Source of the DNA: Acidimicrobiia bacterium | GTDB lineage: Bacteria; Actinomycetota; Acidimicrobiia; IMCC26256; PALSA-555 | DNA: 64,000 nt | NCBI GenBank assembly: GCA_038321755.1 | Contig: JBBQFJ010000001.1 | Coordinates: 22,584-86,583, forward strand | Reading direction: 5' to 3' | Shown here: in pieces, positions 47,492 to 55,116 of the stretch | Layout: each line of letters opens with the position of its first letter | How positions within the stretch are numbered: the stretch's first letter is position 1 | Position numbers and translations under genes: made by a program | Notes under the pieces: model-generated | Database searches by the model: none | Seen by the model: only the letters and a program-made list of their open reading frames with translations | Told to the model about the DNA's origin: nothing

Positions 47492-48217
47492 TTACGCCGG
47501 TGCCACTGCGGGTGGGCGGCGAGCGAGCACATCGTCGAGGATCGGTGTGCACAACGTCGTGCGCGCACCACGGATCGTGCACTCCGCGTAGGTGACCGGC
47601 ACACCGATCGAGGCGTCGTCGGGCACCTGGGGGTAGACGACCTCCCCGACCGTGCCCACGGGATCCGTGAAGGTCGCGATGTCATCGGTCTCGTGCTGCA
47701 CGATCCGACGCTCGGGGAGCGCCGGACAGGCCGGGCCTTCGGGCCCGAAGAAGTCCGTGGCTGCGCTGTCGGGGAAGTACGGGCACACGAGCTGCGCACC
47801 CGGGCCGTGGCCGGTGTAGTCCGACACGACCAGCACCGACTCGCCGACCTTCCCGCCTGGCTTCGGCGCCTTGCCCGGCGGGTACGCCTGGAGCTGCTCG
47901 CTGCCGTCGGCCGCGACGAGGCCGTCGCACGACCAGCCCTTCGGTGCGAGGAACGTGATGCGACCGTTCGAGTAGAACGCGAGCCGAGCGGCGACGCGCT
48001 TCGAGAGTGCGACGGCAAGGTGCTTCGGCTGCGCCGGAGTGGGCTCGCCGGCATCGGCTCCGAACGTCGTGGGGCACGTGACGACGTCGAGCACCTGGCG
48101 CTTGTCCGGCGTGCGCGCGATCGCTGGACCACCACCGAGCAGAACCACCGCGACCGTCATCCCCGCGACCGTCATCCCCGCGATCGTCATCCCCGCGATC
48201 GTCATCCCCGCGACCAC
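47492..48217 (-). CDS. secreted/membrane-anchored hypothetical protein with N-terminal (AGMT[IV])x4 repeat
   Basis: 241-aa ORF. The N-terminus is MVAGMTIAGMTIAGMTVAGMTVAVVLLGGG, followed by a Cys-containing globular domain (VVTCPTTFG, WSCDGLV, LVCPYFP, ACPALP, AECT...LCTP). No family recognised with confidence. Confidence 0.55.
   Translation of the reverse strand: MVAGMTIAGMTIAGMTVAGMTVAVVLLGGGPAIARTPDKRQVLDVVTCPTTFGADAGEPTPAQPKHLAVALSKRVAARLAFYSNGRITFLAPKGWSCDGLVAADGSEQLQAYPPGKAPKPGGKVGESVLVVSDYTGHGPGAQLVCPYFPDSAATDFFGPEGPACPALPERRIVQHETDDIATFTDPVGTVGEVVYPQVPDDASIGVPVTYAECTIRGARTTLCTPILDDVLARRPPAVAPA
48149..48215. repeat. 15-bp in-frame tandem repeat, about 4.5 copies (CGCGA[CT]CGTCATCCC)
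   Basis: Encodes the AGMT(I/V) repeats at the 5' end of CDS 47492..48217. Every unit carries an in-frame ATG on the coding strand. Confidence 0.9.
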
Positions 48218-48324
48218 GTCCCGACGACCGTTGCGAGCAGCCGCCGGTCGCTGAGGATGGTGCGGGAGGTCGGCATCCGCCGTATTCGAGCACGTCTGCG
48301 CCCACGCGTGCGTAGGGTCGCCTG

Positions 48325-49254
48325 GTGGACAAGACCCGACTGGGCGTGGTGTACGGCCTGGGCGCCTACGTGCTGTGGGGATTCCTCACGATCTACTGGA
48401 AAGAGCTGTCCGGCCTGAACGCCTTCGGGCTCATCGGCCAGCGGATCGTCTGGTCGGTCGTCTTCCTCGGCATCATCCTGGCGTTCACGCGACGTACCTC
48501 GACGGTCGAGCTGCAGACCGTGCGCCACCGCCCGAGGCTCATCCTGAGCACCGGCATCGCCGCGGTGCTGCTCACCGCGAACTGGACGACCTACGTCTGG
48601 TGCGTCACGCACGACAACGTGGTGGAGACCGCCCTCGGGTACTTCATGGCACCGCTCGGCATCGTCGCGATCGGCGTGGTGCTGTTCCACGAGCGGCTGC
48701 GGCGGACGCAGGTCGTCGCGCTCGTGACGGTCGGTGTGGCGATCATCGTGCTCACCGTGGGGTACGGGCGCGTCCCGTGGTTCGCCCTCCTGCTCGCGGT
48801 CACGTGGTCGGGATACGGCCTCATGAAGAAGCGCGTCCCGCTCGGCCCGCTCGCGAGCCTCTCCCTCGAGACGCTCCTGCTCCTCCCGATCGCGCTCGTG
48901 GTCGTCGGCGCGACCGAGTCGAACGGCAACGGAGTCTTCGCCAACGCCACGACCCTGCAGGTCGTGCTCATCCCGCTCGCCGGCGTGGTCACTGCGGTCC
49001 CGCTCCTCCTGTTCGCCGCGGCCGCGCATCGGGTCCCGCTCACCACCCTGGGCCCCCTCCAGTACGCGGTGCCCATCATCAACTTCGTGCTCGGCGTCGC
49101 GGTCTACGACGAGGCGATGCCGGGCTGGCGCCTCGCCGGGTTCACGCTGGTGTGGATCGCGCTCGCCGTCTTCACGATCGACGGCCTGCGCGCGACGCGC
49201 GCCGGCACGCCGCTCCCGAGCCCGGAGCTCGAACCGGTGCCCCTCGACGGCTGA
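48325..49254 (+). CDS. rarD: EamA-family transporter RarD
   Basis: 309 aa, 10 TM. The N-terminus GVVYGLGAYVLWGFLTIYWK is typical of RarD. GTG start. Confidence 0.8.
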   Translation: MDKTRLGVVYGLGAYVLWGFLTIYWKELSGLNAFGLIGQRIVWSVVFLGIILAFTRRTSTVELQTVRHRPRLILSTGIAAVLLTANWTTYVWCVTHDNVVETALGYFMAPLGIVAIGVVLFHERLRRTQVVALVTVGVAIIVLTVGYGRVPWFALLLAVTWSGYGLMKKRVPLGPLASLSLETLLLLPIALVVVGATESNGNGVFANATTLQVVLIPLAGVVTAVPLLLFAAAAHRVPLTTLGPLQYAVPIINFVLGVAVYDEAMPGWRLAGFTLVWIALAVFTIDGLRATRAGTPLPSPELEPVPLDG

Positions 49255-49296
49255 GCGCAAGCGCACGCGACGACGACCACTAGCGTGATGTGTCCA

Positions 49297-49326
49297 CCGT
49301 CACCAGCCCAACCGTCACCAGCCCAA
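49297..49326. repeat. 15-bp tandem duplication x2 (CCGTCACCAGCCCAA) plus degenerate partial unit
   Basis: Lies in the rarD to ahpE spacer, about 15 nt upstream of the AGGAG (49341) that precedes the ATG at 49355. Confidence 0.85.
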
Positions 49327-49354
49327 CCCCTTGTCACCCCAGGAGCACACGATC

Positions 49355-49816
49355 ATGAGCATCGCCGTCGGCGACGACGCCCCCGACTTCACCCTCAAGG
49401 ACCAGGACGGGAACGAGGTCACCCTCTCCTCGTTCGCAGGGAACCAGAACGTCGTGCTGGTCTTCTATCCCTTCACCTTCACCGGCAACTGCGAGGGTGA
49501 GCTCTGCGAGATCCGCGACGACCCGTCCGCGTTCGCCAGCTCCGACGCCCAGGTCCTCGCCCTCTCTTGCGACACCCGCCACGCCCAGAAGCAGTGGTCC
49601 GAGCAGCAGGGCTTCGGTTTCCCCGTGCTCAGCGACTTCTGGCCGCACGGCGCGGTCGCCAAGGCCTACGGCGTTTTCAACGAGGACCTCGGGTGCGCGA
49701 ACCGCGCGACCTTCGTCATCGACAAGGCGGGAAAGGTCGTCGACACGTTCTCGTCGGCCAACCTCGGGACGCGGCGCGAGAAGGCGGAGTACGACGCCGC
49801 CCTCGCGAAGCTCTAG
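49355..49816 (+). CDS. ahpE: AhpE-like 1-Cys peroxiredoxin
   Basis: ATG at 49355 after AGGAG. Segments APDFTLKDQDG, VLVFYPFTFTGNCEGEL and LSDFWPHGAVAKAYGVFNE closely follow mycobacterial AhpE. Confidence 0.8.
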   Translation: MSIAVGDDAPDFTLKDQDGNEVTLSSFAGNQNVVLVFYPFTFTGNCEGELCEIRDDPSAFASSDAQVLALSCDTRHAQKQWSEQQGFGFPVLSDFWPHGAVAKAYGVFNEDLGCANRATFVIDKAGKVVDTFSSANLGTRREKAEYDAALAKL

Positions 49817-49820
49817 GGGT

Positions 49821-50330
49821 CTAGGACACCAGCACCTCGACCGCGGTGCCGGCGGTTGCGGGGAGGTCGACCGACGCGTTGTCCTCCGCGTAGCGTCGGC
49901 CCTGCACGTTCAGCAGCCGGACGGGCTCGTCGCCGAGCGGGAACGGCCCCCAGTGCCAGGTCCCCTGGGCGAGCACGAGCACGTCGAGCGGGTGTAGCAC
50001 GAAGGCGCGGATCGTCGACGCGTCGCCCGGCTTCGAGAAGTCGACGCCGACCGGGGCAACGGCGAGCACTGCGTCGCAGTTCAGCGACATCAAGGCCTGC
50101 GTGTGCGTGTCGTGCCGGTACATCACGTCGCACACCAACCCGTGCTCGGTGTGCGTGATCTCGTCGGGTGCGTGCGCGATCACGTTGAGGTGGGGATCAC
50201 CCCACTCGTAGTGCAGCGTGTGCTCGCCGTCGGTCGGATCGGTGTCGTCGACCGGGAGCCAACCGAACGGCGTCCAGGCGTCGGCGTTCAGCGGTTCGGC
50301 GACGAGCGTGAGCATCGAGGTGTCGGTCAT
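49821..50330 (-). CDS. ureidoglycolate lyase family protein
   Basis: 169 aa. Segments WTPFGWL, HTQALMSL and GTWHWGPFPL match the ureidoglycolate lyase (AllA-like) fold pattern. Confidence 0.65.
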   Translation of the reverse strand: MTDTSMLTLVAEPLNADAWTPFGWLPVDDTDPTDGEHTLHYEWGDPHLNVIAHAPDEITHTEHGLVCDVMYRHDTHTQALMSLNCDAVLAVAPVGVDFSKPGDASTIRAFVLHPLDVLVLAQGTWHWGPFPLGDEPVRLLNVQGRRYAEDNASVDLPATAGTAVEVLVS

Positions 50331-50418
50331 CGACGCAAGGATGGCAGATCACGCGTCGCAGTAGATTGCCCCGAGCAGGAGCGGCGAGCGCCGAAGCACA
50401 CAGACGGGGCACAGAAAG

Positions 50419-50811
50419 GTGATCTGCATGGACGTGCGGTCGATCGAAGACGTCGAGCCGACGATCGAGCACAACGGCACCGTTCCGGTGTGGTGGCTCG
50501 TCAAGCCACGCGAGATGCAGGAGATCACCGAGGGCGGGCACCTCGAGCTCGTGAGCGAGTTCGAGGTCGCCGGAGGTGGCCTCGTCGACCCGCACCAGCA
50601 CCCGACGCACGAGTTCTATTACGTCACCGCCGGTCGCGGGATCATGATGATCGACGGCGAGGAGCGCGAGATCCGTCAGGGCGATCTCGTGCACATCCCA
50701 CCCAACTTGGTGCACAGCCTGCGTCCGGTGTCCGACCACGCTCCGATCCACGCGCTCGCGTTCGCGGTTGCCGTGAAGGATGCGCCCCCGATCGACTACA
50801 CGTCGCACTAG
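50419..50811 (+). CDS. cupin domain protein
   Basis: 130 aa. Cupin motifs VDPHQHPTHEFYYVTAGRG and GDLVHIPPNLVHS. An alternative start is at MDVRS (50428). Confidence 0.7.
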   Translation: MICMDVRSIEDVEPTIEHNGTVPVWWLVKPREMQEITEGGHLELVSEFEVAGGGLVDPHQHPTHEFYYVTAGRGIMMIDGEEREIRQGDLVHIPPNLVHSLRPVSDHAPIHALAFAVAVKDAPPIDYTSH

Positions 50812-50828
50812 CGCACCCCGAGCAGCGC

Positions 50829-51791
50829 GTGGCCCGCATCCTCGTCACCCGCCGGTTGCCCGACGGCGGCATCGACCCGCTCGTCGAGGCAGGGCACGAG
50901 ATCGTCAGCCGGGACGACGACACCCCGTTCACCCCCGACGAGCTGCAGGTTGCCGTCGCCGACGCCGACGCGGTGGTGTGCCTGCTCACCGATCGCGTCG
51001 ACGCCGACCTGATCGCTGCCGGTGCGCCCCGGCTCCGGGTGGTCGCGAACGTCGCGGTCGGGTACGACAACGTCGACATCGCCGCGGCTCACGCCGCCGG
51101 CGTCGCGGTCTGCAACACCCCCGGCGTGCTGGACGAGACGACCGCCGACCTCGCGTTCCTGCTCATCCTCGCCGCGGCGCGCGTGGCATCGGAGGCCGAG
51201 GCCGACCTGCGCAACGACCGTTGGCACGGGTGGGGAATCAACCAGTACCTCGGACGCGACGTGCACGGCGCAACGCTCGGCCTCGTCGGCAACGGGCGCA
51301 TCGGGCGCGCGGTGGGGCGCCGCGCGGCCGGCTTCGGGATGCAGGTGCTGCACCACACTCGGACCGACACCGGACTTCCGGGATGGCGTGCTGATCTCGA
51401 CGCGATGCTCGGCGAGTGCGACATCGTGTCGCTCCACGTTCCGCTCTCCAACGCGACCCGTCATCTGATCGATGCTCGACGGCTCGCGTTGCTCCGACCG
51501 AGTGCCGTGCTCGTGAACACTGCTCGCGGTCCGGTCGTCGACGAGGAGGCTCTCGCGGCCGCGCTCGAGCAGGGCACGCTCTTCGCGGCGGGGCTCGACG
51601 TCTTCGAGCGGGAGCCCGAGGTGCACCCGCGCCTGCTGGCCGCACCACGAACCGTCCTGCTCCCCCACATCGGCTCGGCGTCGGTCGCCACCCGCACACG
51701 GATGGCCCGGCTCGCGTGCGACGGCGCCGTCGCGGTGCTCGCCGGCGAGCAGCCGCCGAACCTGGTGAAGCGCTCGCCGACCCCGGGCTAG
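50829..51791 (+). CDS. D-2-hydroxyacid dehydrogenase (glyoxylate/hydroxypyruvate reductase type)
   Basis: GTG at 50829 within track ORF 50103..51791. NAD fold GLVGNGRIGRAVGRRA and catalytic region LVNTARGPVVDEEAL...DVFEREP...PHIGSAS. Confidence 0.8.
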   Translation: MARILVTRRLPDGGIDPLVEAGHEIVSRDDDTPFTPDELQVAVADADAVVCLLTDRVDADLIAAGAPRLRVVANVAVGYDNVDIAAAHAAGVAVCNTPGVLDETTADLAFLLILAAARVASEAEADLRNDRWHGWGINQYLGRDVHGATLGLVGNGRIGRAVGRRAAGFGMQVLHHTRTDTGLPGWRADLDAMLGECDIVSLHVPLSNATRHLIDARRLALLRPSAVLVNTARGPVVDEEALAAALEQGTLFAAGLDVFEREPEVHPRLLAAPRTVLLPHIGSASVATRTRMARLACDGAVAVLAGEQPPNLVKRSPTPG

Positions 51792-52822
51792 CCCTGCGGC
51801 AGCCGGGTCAGCACGTTGGTCGCGATGCCCGCGAGGGACTCGGTCGACGGTGCGGTGTCGCCGGTGCACGCGGCCACCACGACGGTCCGTTGCGCCTGCT
51901 TGGTGATCAGCGTCCGTCCGCACGTCTTGAAGCTCGAGAACGCCGTGAACCCGTCGACGGCCACCGCTTCGTCGCCGACGTTCGGGACGCTCTCGTGCTG
52001 CCCTGACTCCGTCAGGCGATCGAACGTCAACGAGCTGGCGTAGACATCGACCGACAGCTGCACGGGGTCCTGGCCCGTCGAGGACTGGCTCGCCGAGTCG
52101 GGGCTCGATGGCGCGGCGCCGGTGTACGTGCACGTCCCGTCGTCGTTGGCCACCTTCGCCGACGATCCGAGCAGCGCCGTCGCCTCGGCAGTGGTGACGA
52201 TCTTCGAGCAGTCGACATGGTCGGGAAAGACGCCACACGCCGTGCCGGCGTCGGAGAACGCGGCGCGCTGCTTGGACGTGGCTTCGTTGATGTCGACGCT
52301 CTTCGCCGACGCGCCGAACGTCTTCACTGCGGCTTTGAGCTTCTTCTTGTCGAGGTTGACCTCGCCGACCACTTGCTGCAGATCGGTGTCGGGCTTGAGG
52401 TCGACCGCCGCGATCTTCTGGATCTGGTCCTTGCTGAGCCCGAGTCCCTCGAGGAGCGCGACCCCCTTGGCGAAGGTCGCGGCCTGCTGGGCGAACAGCT
52501 TGCGCACAACGGGGTCCGTTCCCGCCGCGAGCGTCTTCGTGACCTGCTCCAGCTTCGGCGACAGGATCAGGTGGAAGTTGTCGCGGATCTCGGCTGCCGC
52601 AGCCTTGGCCGACTTCTTGTCGCCGAGCTGCGCGAAAGCCGATGCGAACGCAACGAGGTACTCGATCTGGAAGTAGTCGGCGAACGCCTCACAGGCGTCG
52701 CGCGTCGGCGGCGTGGACCCCTTCGCCGAGCTCGATGCCATCGCCGGCGCGGACGCCCCCAGCACGAGCAGTGCGCCCACGAACAGCGCGACCGCCCGGC
52801 GCCGCCACGGATGCGTCATCAC
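51788..52822 (-). CDS. secreted hypothetical protein
   Basis: Signal peptide AVALFVGALLVLGASAPAMA, then a Lys/Ala-rich helical N-domain and a Cys-containing C-domain. Its stop overlaps the convergent reductase stop (CTAG). Confidence 0.55.
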   Translation of the reverse strand: MMTHPWRRRAVALFVGALLVLGASAPAMASSSAKGSTPPTRDACEAFADYFQIEYLVAFASAFAQLGDKKSAKAAAAEIRDNFHLILSPKLEQVTKTLAAGTDPVVRKLFAQQAATFAKGVALLEGLGLSKDQIQKIAAVDLKPDTDLQQVVGEVNLDKKKLKAAVKTFGASAKSVDINEATSKQRAAFSDAGTACGVFPDHVDCSKIVTTAEATALLGSSAKVANDDGTCTYTGAAPSSPDSASQSSTGQDPVQLSVDVYASSLTFDRLTESGQHESVPNVGDEAVAVDGFTAFSSFKTCGRTLITKQAQRTVVVAACTGDTAPSTESLAGIATNVLTRLPQG

Positions 52823-53451
52823 CCTGCGTCCTCGTCCACGGGTGAGGGATCGAGGGAGAGGAGCTCCAAGGTCGTCGCGCCGTCCTTGAGGCGCGCGAAC
52901 ATCCTGTCTTCCTTCTCGGCGCGGGCCTTGCCCGCCGCGATCACCGCGTCGAACGCGTCACCGGGCACGACCGTGACACCATCGACGTCGCCGACGAGCC
53001 AGTCACCGAACCGGACCTCGACACCGCCGACGACCGCCGAACCACCGACGCTGCCGGGCAGCTCCTTCGACGCGCCCGGCAGGGCCAATCCGGTGGAGAA
53101 CACCGGGAACGTGTGCGCTTCGAGCGCGGCGGCGTCGCGCACGCACCCGTCGATCACGAGCCCGGTGAGCCCACGTGCCTCGGCACCCGTGGTGAGGACC
53201 TCACCCCAGTACCCGAGCTCGCGCTCCGTCCCGACGTCGACGACCAGTGCGTGTCCGATCGGCGCCCGCGCGACCGCCACATGGATTGCGAGGTTGTCGC
53301 CGGGCGTGCAGCGCACCGGATACGCCGGGGCGGCGACGGCCGCGCCCCGCCATGCCGGCTTGATGCTCGCCCGCATCGGCCGTCCGCCCGACTCCCCGAG
53401 CGTCGCCGAACCCAGGGCCAGCAGCGTTCGGGGCTTTGCGTCAGTGCTCAC
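52819..53451 (-). CDS. RraA-family protein (4-hydroxy-4-methyl-2-oxoglutarate aldolase / RNase E regulator-like)
   Basis: 210 aa. Segments GDNLAIH, GYWGEVLTTGAEARGLTGLVIDGCVRD and VVPGD are typical of RraA/HMG aldolase. Confidence 0.75.
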   Translation of the reverse strand: MSTDAKPRTLLALGSATLGESGGRPMRASIKPAWRGAAVAAPAYPVRCTPGDNLAIHVAVARAPIGHALVVDVGTERELGYWGEVLTTGAEARGLTGLVIDGCVRDAAALEAHTFPVFSTGLALPGASKELPGSVGGSAVVGGVEVRFGDWLVGDVDGVTVVPGDAFDAVIAAGKARAEKEDRMFARLKDGATTLELLSLDPSPVDEDAG

Positions 53452-53503
53452 TCCGTTTTCAGGCTCCTGGTTCGTCGCGCGCCGGGCGGGGCCGGCGAAC
53501 AGT

Positions 53504-53595
53504 TGGCGGAGGGAGAGGGATTTGAACCCTCGAGGAGGCTTACACCCCCTACTCGCTTAGCAGGCGAGCACCTTCGGCCACTCGGTCATCCCTCC
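53504..53595 (-). tRNA. tRNA-Ser (anticodon GCU), CCA encoded
   Basis: Reverse complement GGAGGGATGACCGAGTGGCCGAAGGTGCTCGCCTGCTAAGCGAG...GGGTTCAAATCCCTCTCCCTCCGCCA. Anticodon arm CTCGC-CTGCTAA-GCGAG and a long variable arm. Confidence 0.9.
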
Positions 53596-53609
53596 GAGAA
53601 GGAGGAAGT

Positions 53610-54071
53610 CTACGTCGAGGGCCCCTCGACCAGATATGCGAGCCGCTCGAGCGTGGTCTCCATCCCCGTGCGATTGCGCTCCGGGAACCCCATCTTCTCG
53701 ATGGCCTTCCGTCCCCGGCCCTTGGTCCAGTCGAACGACTCACGCACGCGCGTGCCCCCGTCGAGGGGTTCGAGCTCGTAGCGCCACACGTTGTGGGCCA
53801 GGTGCTGCCACGCGATCCGGCGACCCTCGTCGAACTCCACCACCGTGTTCGTGATGCGGTACAGGGCGCCCATTCGCATGCTCATCGAGAACTTCGCACC
53901 GAGGGAGAGCCGCTGGGGAGACCCGCGCGCCGCCTTCACCGTGTCGGAGCCGTCGAAGCGTGGGTGCTGCGCCGGATCCGCGAGCAGGTCGAAGATCGCC
54001 TCGGGCGACGCGCGGATCACCCGCTCGACGGACACGACTCGCTCGGTCTCGGCTCGCTCGGTCTCGGCCAC
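53610..54071 (-). CDS. SRPBCC family protein
   Basis: GTG at 54071 (VAETERAETERVVSVERVIRASPEAIFDLLADP...). The pattern is polyketide cyclase/START-like. Confidence 0.7.
   Translation of the reverse strand: MAETERAETERVVSVERVIRASPEAIFDLLADPAQHPRFDGSDTVKAARGSPQRLSLGAKFSMSMRMGALYRITNTVVEFDEGRRIAWQHLAHNVWRYELEPLDGGTRVRESFDWTKGRGRKAIEKMGFPERNRTGMETTLERLAYLVEGPST
54038..54067. repeat. 15-bp in-frame tandem duplication x2 (CTCGCTCGGTCTCGG)
   Basis: Encodes the duplicated AETER-AETER directly after the start of the SRPBCC gene. Confidence 0.85.
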
Positions 54072-54093
54072 GTCGGAACGGTACCGTGACGAT

Positions 54094-55113
54094 GTGGATC
54101 CAGGAGAAGCGCTCGAGCGGATCGCCGACCTGTTGCAGCGCGTCCGCAACCAGCGGCCGAAGGTGCAGGCCTTCCGTCGGGCGGCCGAAGCCATCCGCGA
54201 CGTGCCGCCTGACGAGCTGCAAGCCCTCGCCGACGAAGGGCGTCTCACCGACCTCGCCGGGATCGGTTCGAGCAGCGCGACGGTCATCACGCAGGCGCTC
54301 GAGGGGAAGACGCCCGAGTACCTCGAGAAGCTCTCGACCGATCACGAGCCACCCACCGATCTCGCCGGGCCGGTGCGAGCCGCGCTGCGTGGCGATCTGC
54401 ACCTGCACTCGGATTGGTCCGACGGCGGCGCGACGATCGAGGCAATGGTCCGCACCGCCGCCGAGCTCGGTCACGAGTACCTCGCGCTCACGGATCATTC
54501 ACCACTCGTCCGCGTCGCCCACGGACTCGACGCGGAGCGCCTGGATCAGCAGCTCGAGCGCCTCGCCGCGCTCAACGCCGAGCTCGCGCCGTTCCGGATC
54601 CTCGCCGGGATGGAAGTCGACATCCGCGACGACGGCTCGATCGACATGGACGGCGACATGCTCGCCCGGCTCGATGTCGTCGTCGCGAGCGTGCACTCCA
54701 AGCTCGACATGGAGCCGGTCGCGATGACCAAGCGCCTCGTCACGGCGCTCGCGAACCCGCACGTCGACATCCTCGGGCACTGCACCGGCCGGTTGGTGGT
54801 CGGGAAGGGACGCGCCGAGTCGACCTTCGACGCAGAGATGGTGTTCGCAGCCGCCGCACACCTCGACAAGGCGATCGAGGTGAACTCACGACCGGAGCGG
54901 CTCGATCCCCCGCGCCGGCTGCTGAAGATCGTCGACGAGTCGGGCGCGAAGATCTCGATCGACTCCGACGCCCACGCGACCTGGCAGCTCCCCTGGCAGA
55001 CCTACGGCGCGCATCGTGTCGCCGAAGCCGGGATCGCGGTCGACCGGATCGTGAACTCCTGGCCGGTCGACGACCTCCTCGCCTGGACCGCGTCGCACGC
55101 CACCGCCGCCTGA
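54094..55113 (+). CDS. PHP-domain phosphoesterase with N-terminal helix-hairpin-helix (PolX C-terminal-like, no polymerase core)
   Basis: GTG at 54094. HhH-like LTDLAGIGSSSATVI and PHP metal motifs GDLHLHSDWSDG, LALTDHS, ASVHS, ILGHCTG and SIDSDAH. Confidence 0.75.
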   Translation: MDPGEALERIADLLQRVRNQRPKVQAFRRAAEAIRDVPPDELQALADEGRLTDLAGIGSSSATVITQALEGKTPEYLEKLSTDHEPPTDLAGPVRAALRGDLHLHSDWSDGGATIEAMVRTAAELGHEYLALTDHSPLVRVAHGLDAERLDQQLERLAALNAELAPFRILAGMEVDIRDDGSIDMDGDMLARLDVVVASVHSKLDMEPVAMTKRLVTALANPHVDILGHCTGRLVVGKGRAESTFDAEMVFAAAAHLDKAIEVNSRPERLDPPRRLLKIVDESGAKISIDSDAHATWQLPWQTYGAHRVAEAGIAVDRIVNSWPVDDLLAWTASHATAA

Positions 55114-55116
55114 ACC

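Noticed and set aside
47339-48324. Possible genomic island integrated at tRNA-Arg(ACG).
   Set aside because: There is no integrase, excisionase or transposase. I could find no direct repeat of the tRNA 3' end, and there is no compositional break. Only one hypothetical gene lies between the tRNA and the conserved rarD.
49821-51791. Ureidoglycolate lyase, cupin and glyoxylate reductase read as a complete purine/allantoin catabolic cluster.
   Set aside because: The three genes are compatible with glyoxylate-related metabolism. However, allantoinase, allantoicase and ureidoglycine genes are absent from the window, and the genes sit on different strands. Only individual family calls are justified.
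17174-54067. Whether the short tandem repeats could be miniature CRISPR arrays or mobile-element termini.
   Set aside because: Units are directly adjacent with no spacers, are only 11-17 bp long with 2-4.5 copies, are unrelated to one another, and have no cas or transposase genes nearby.
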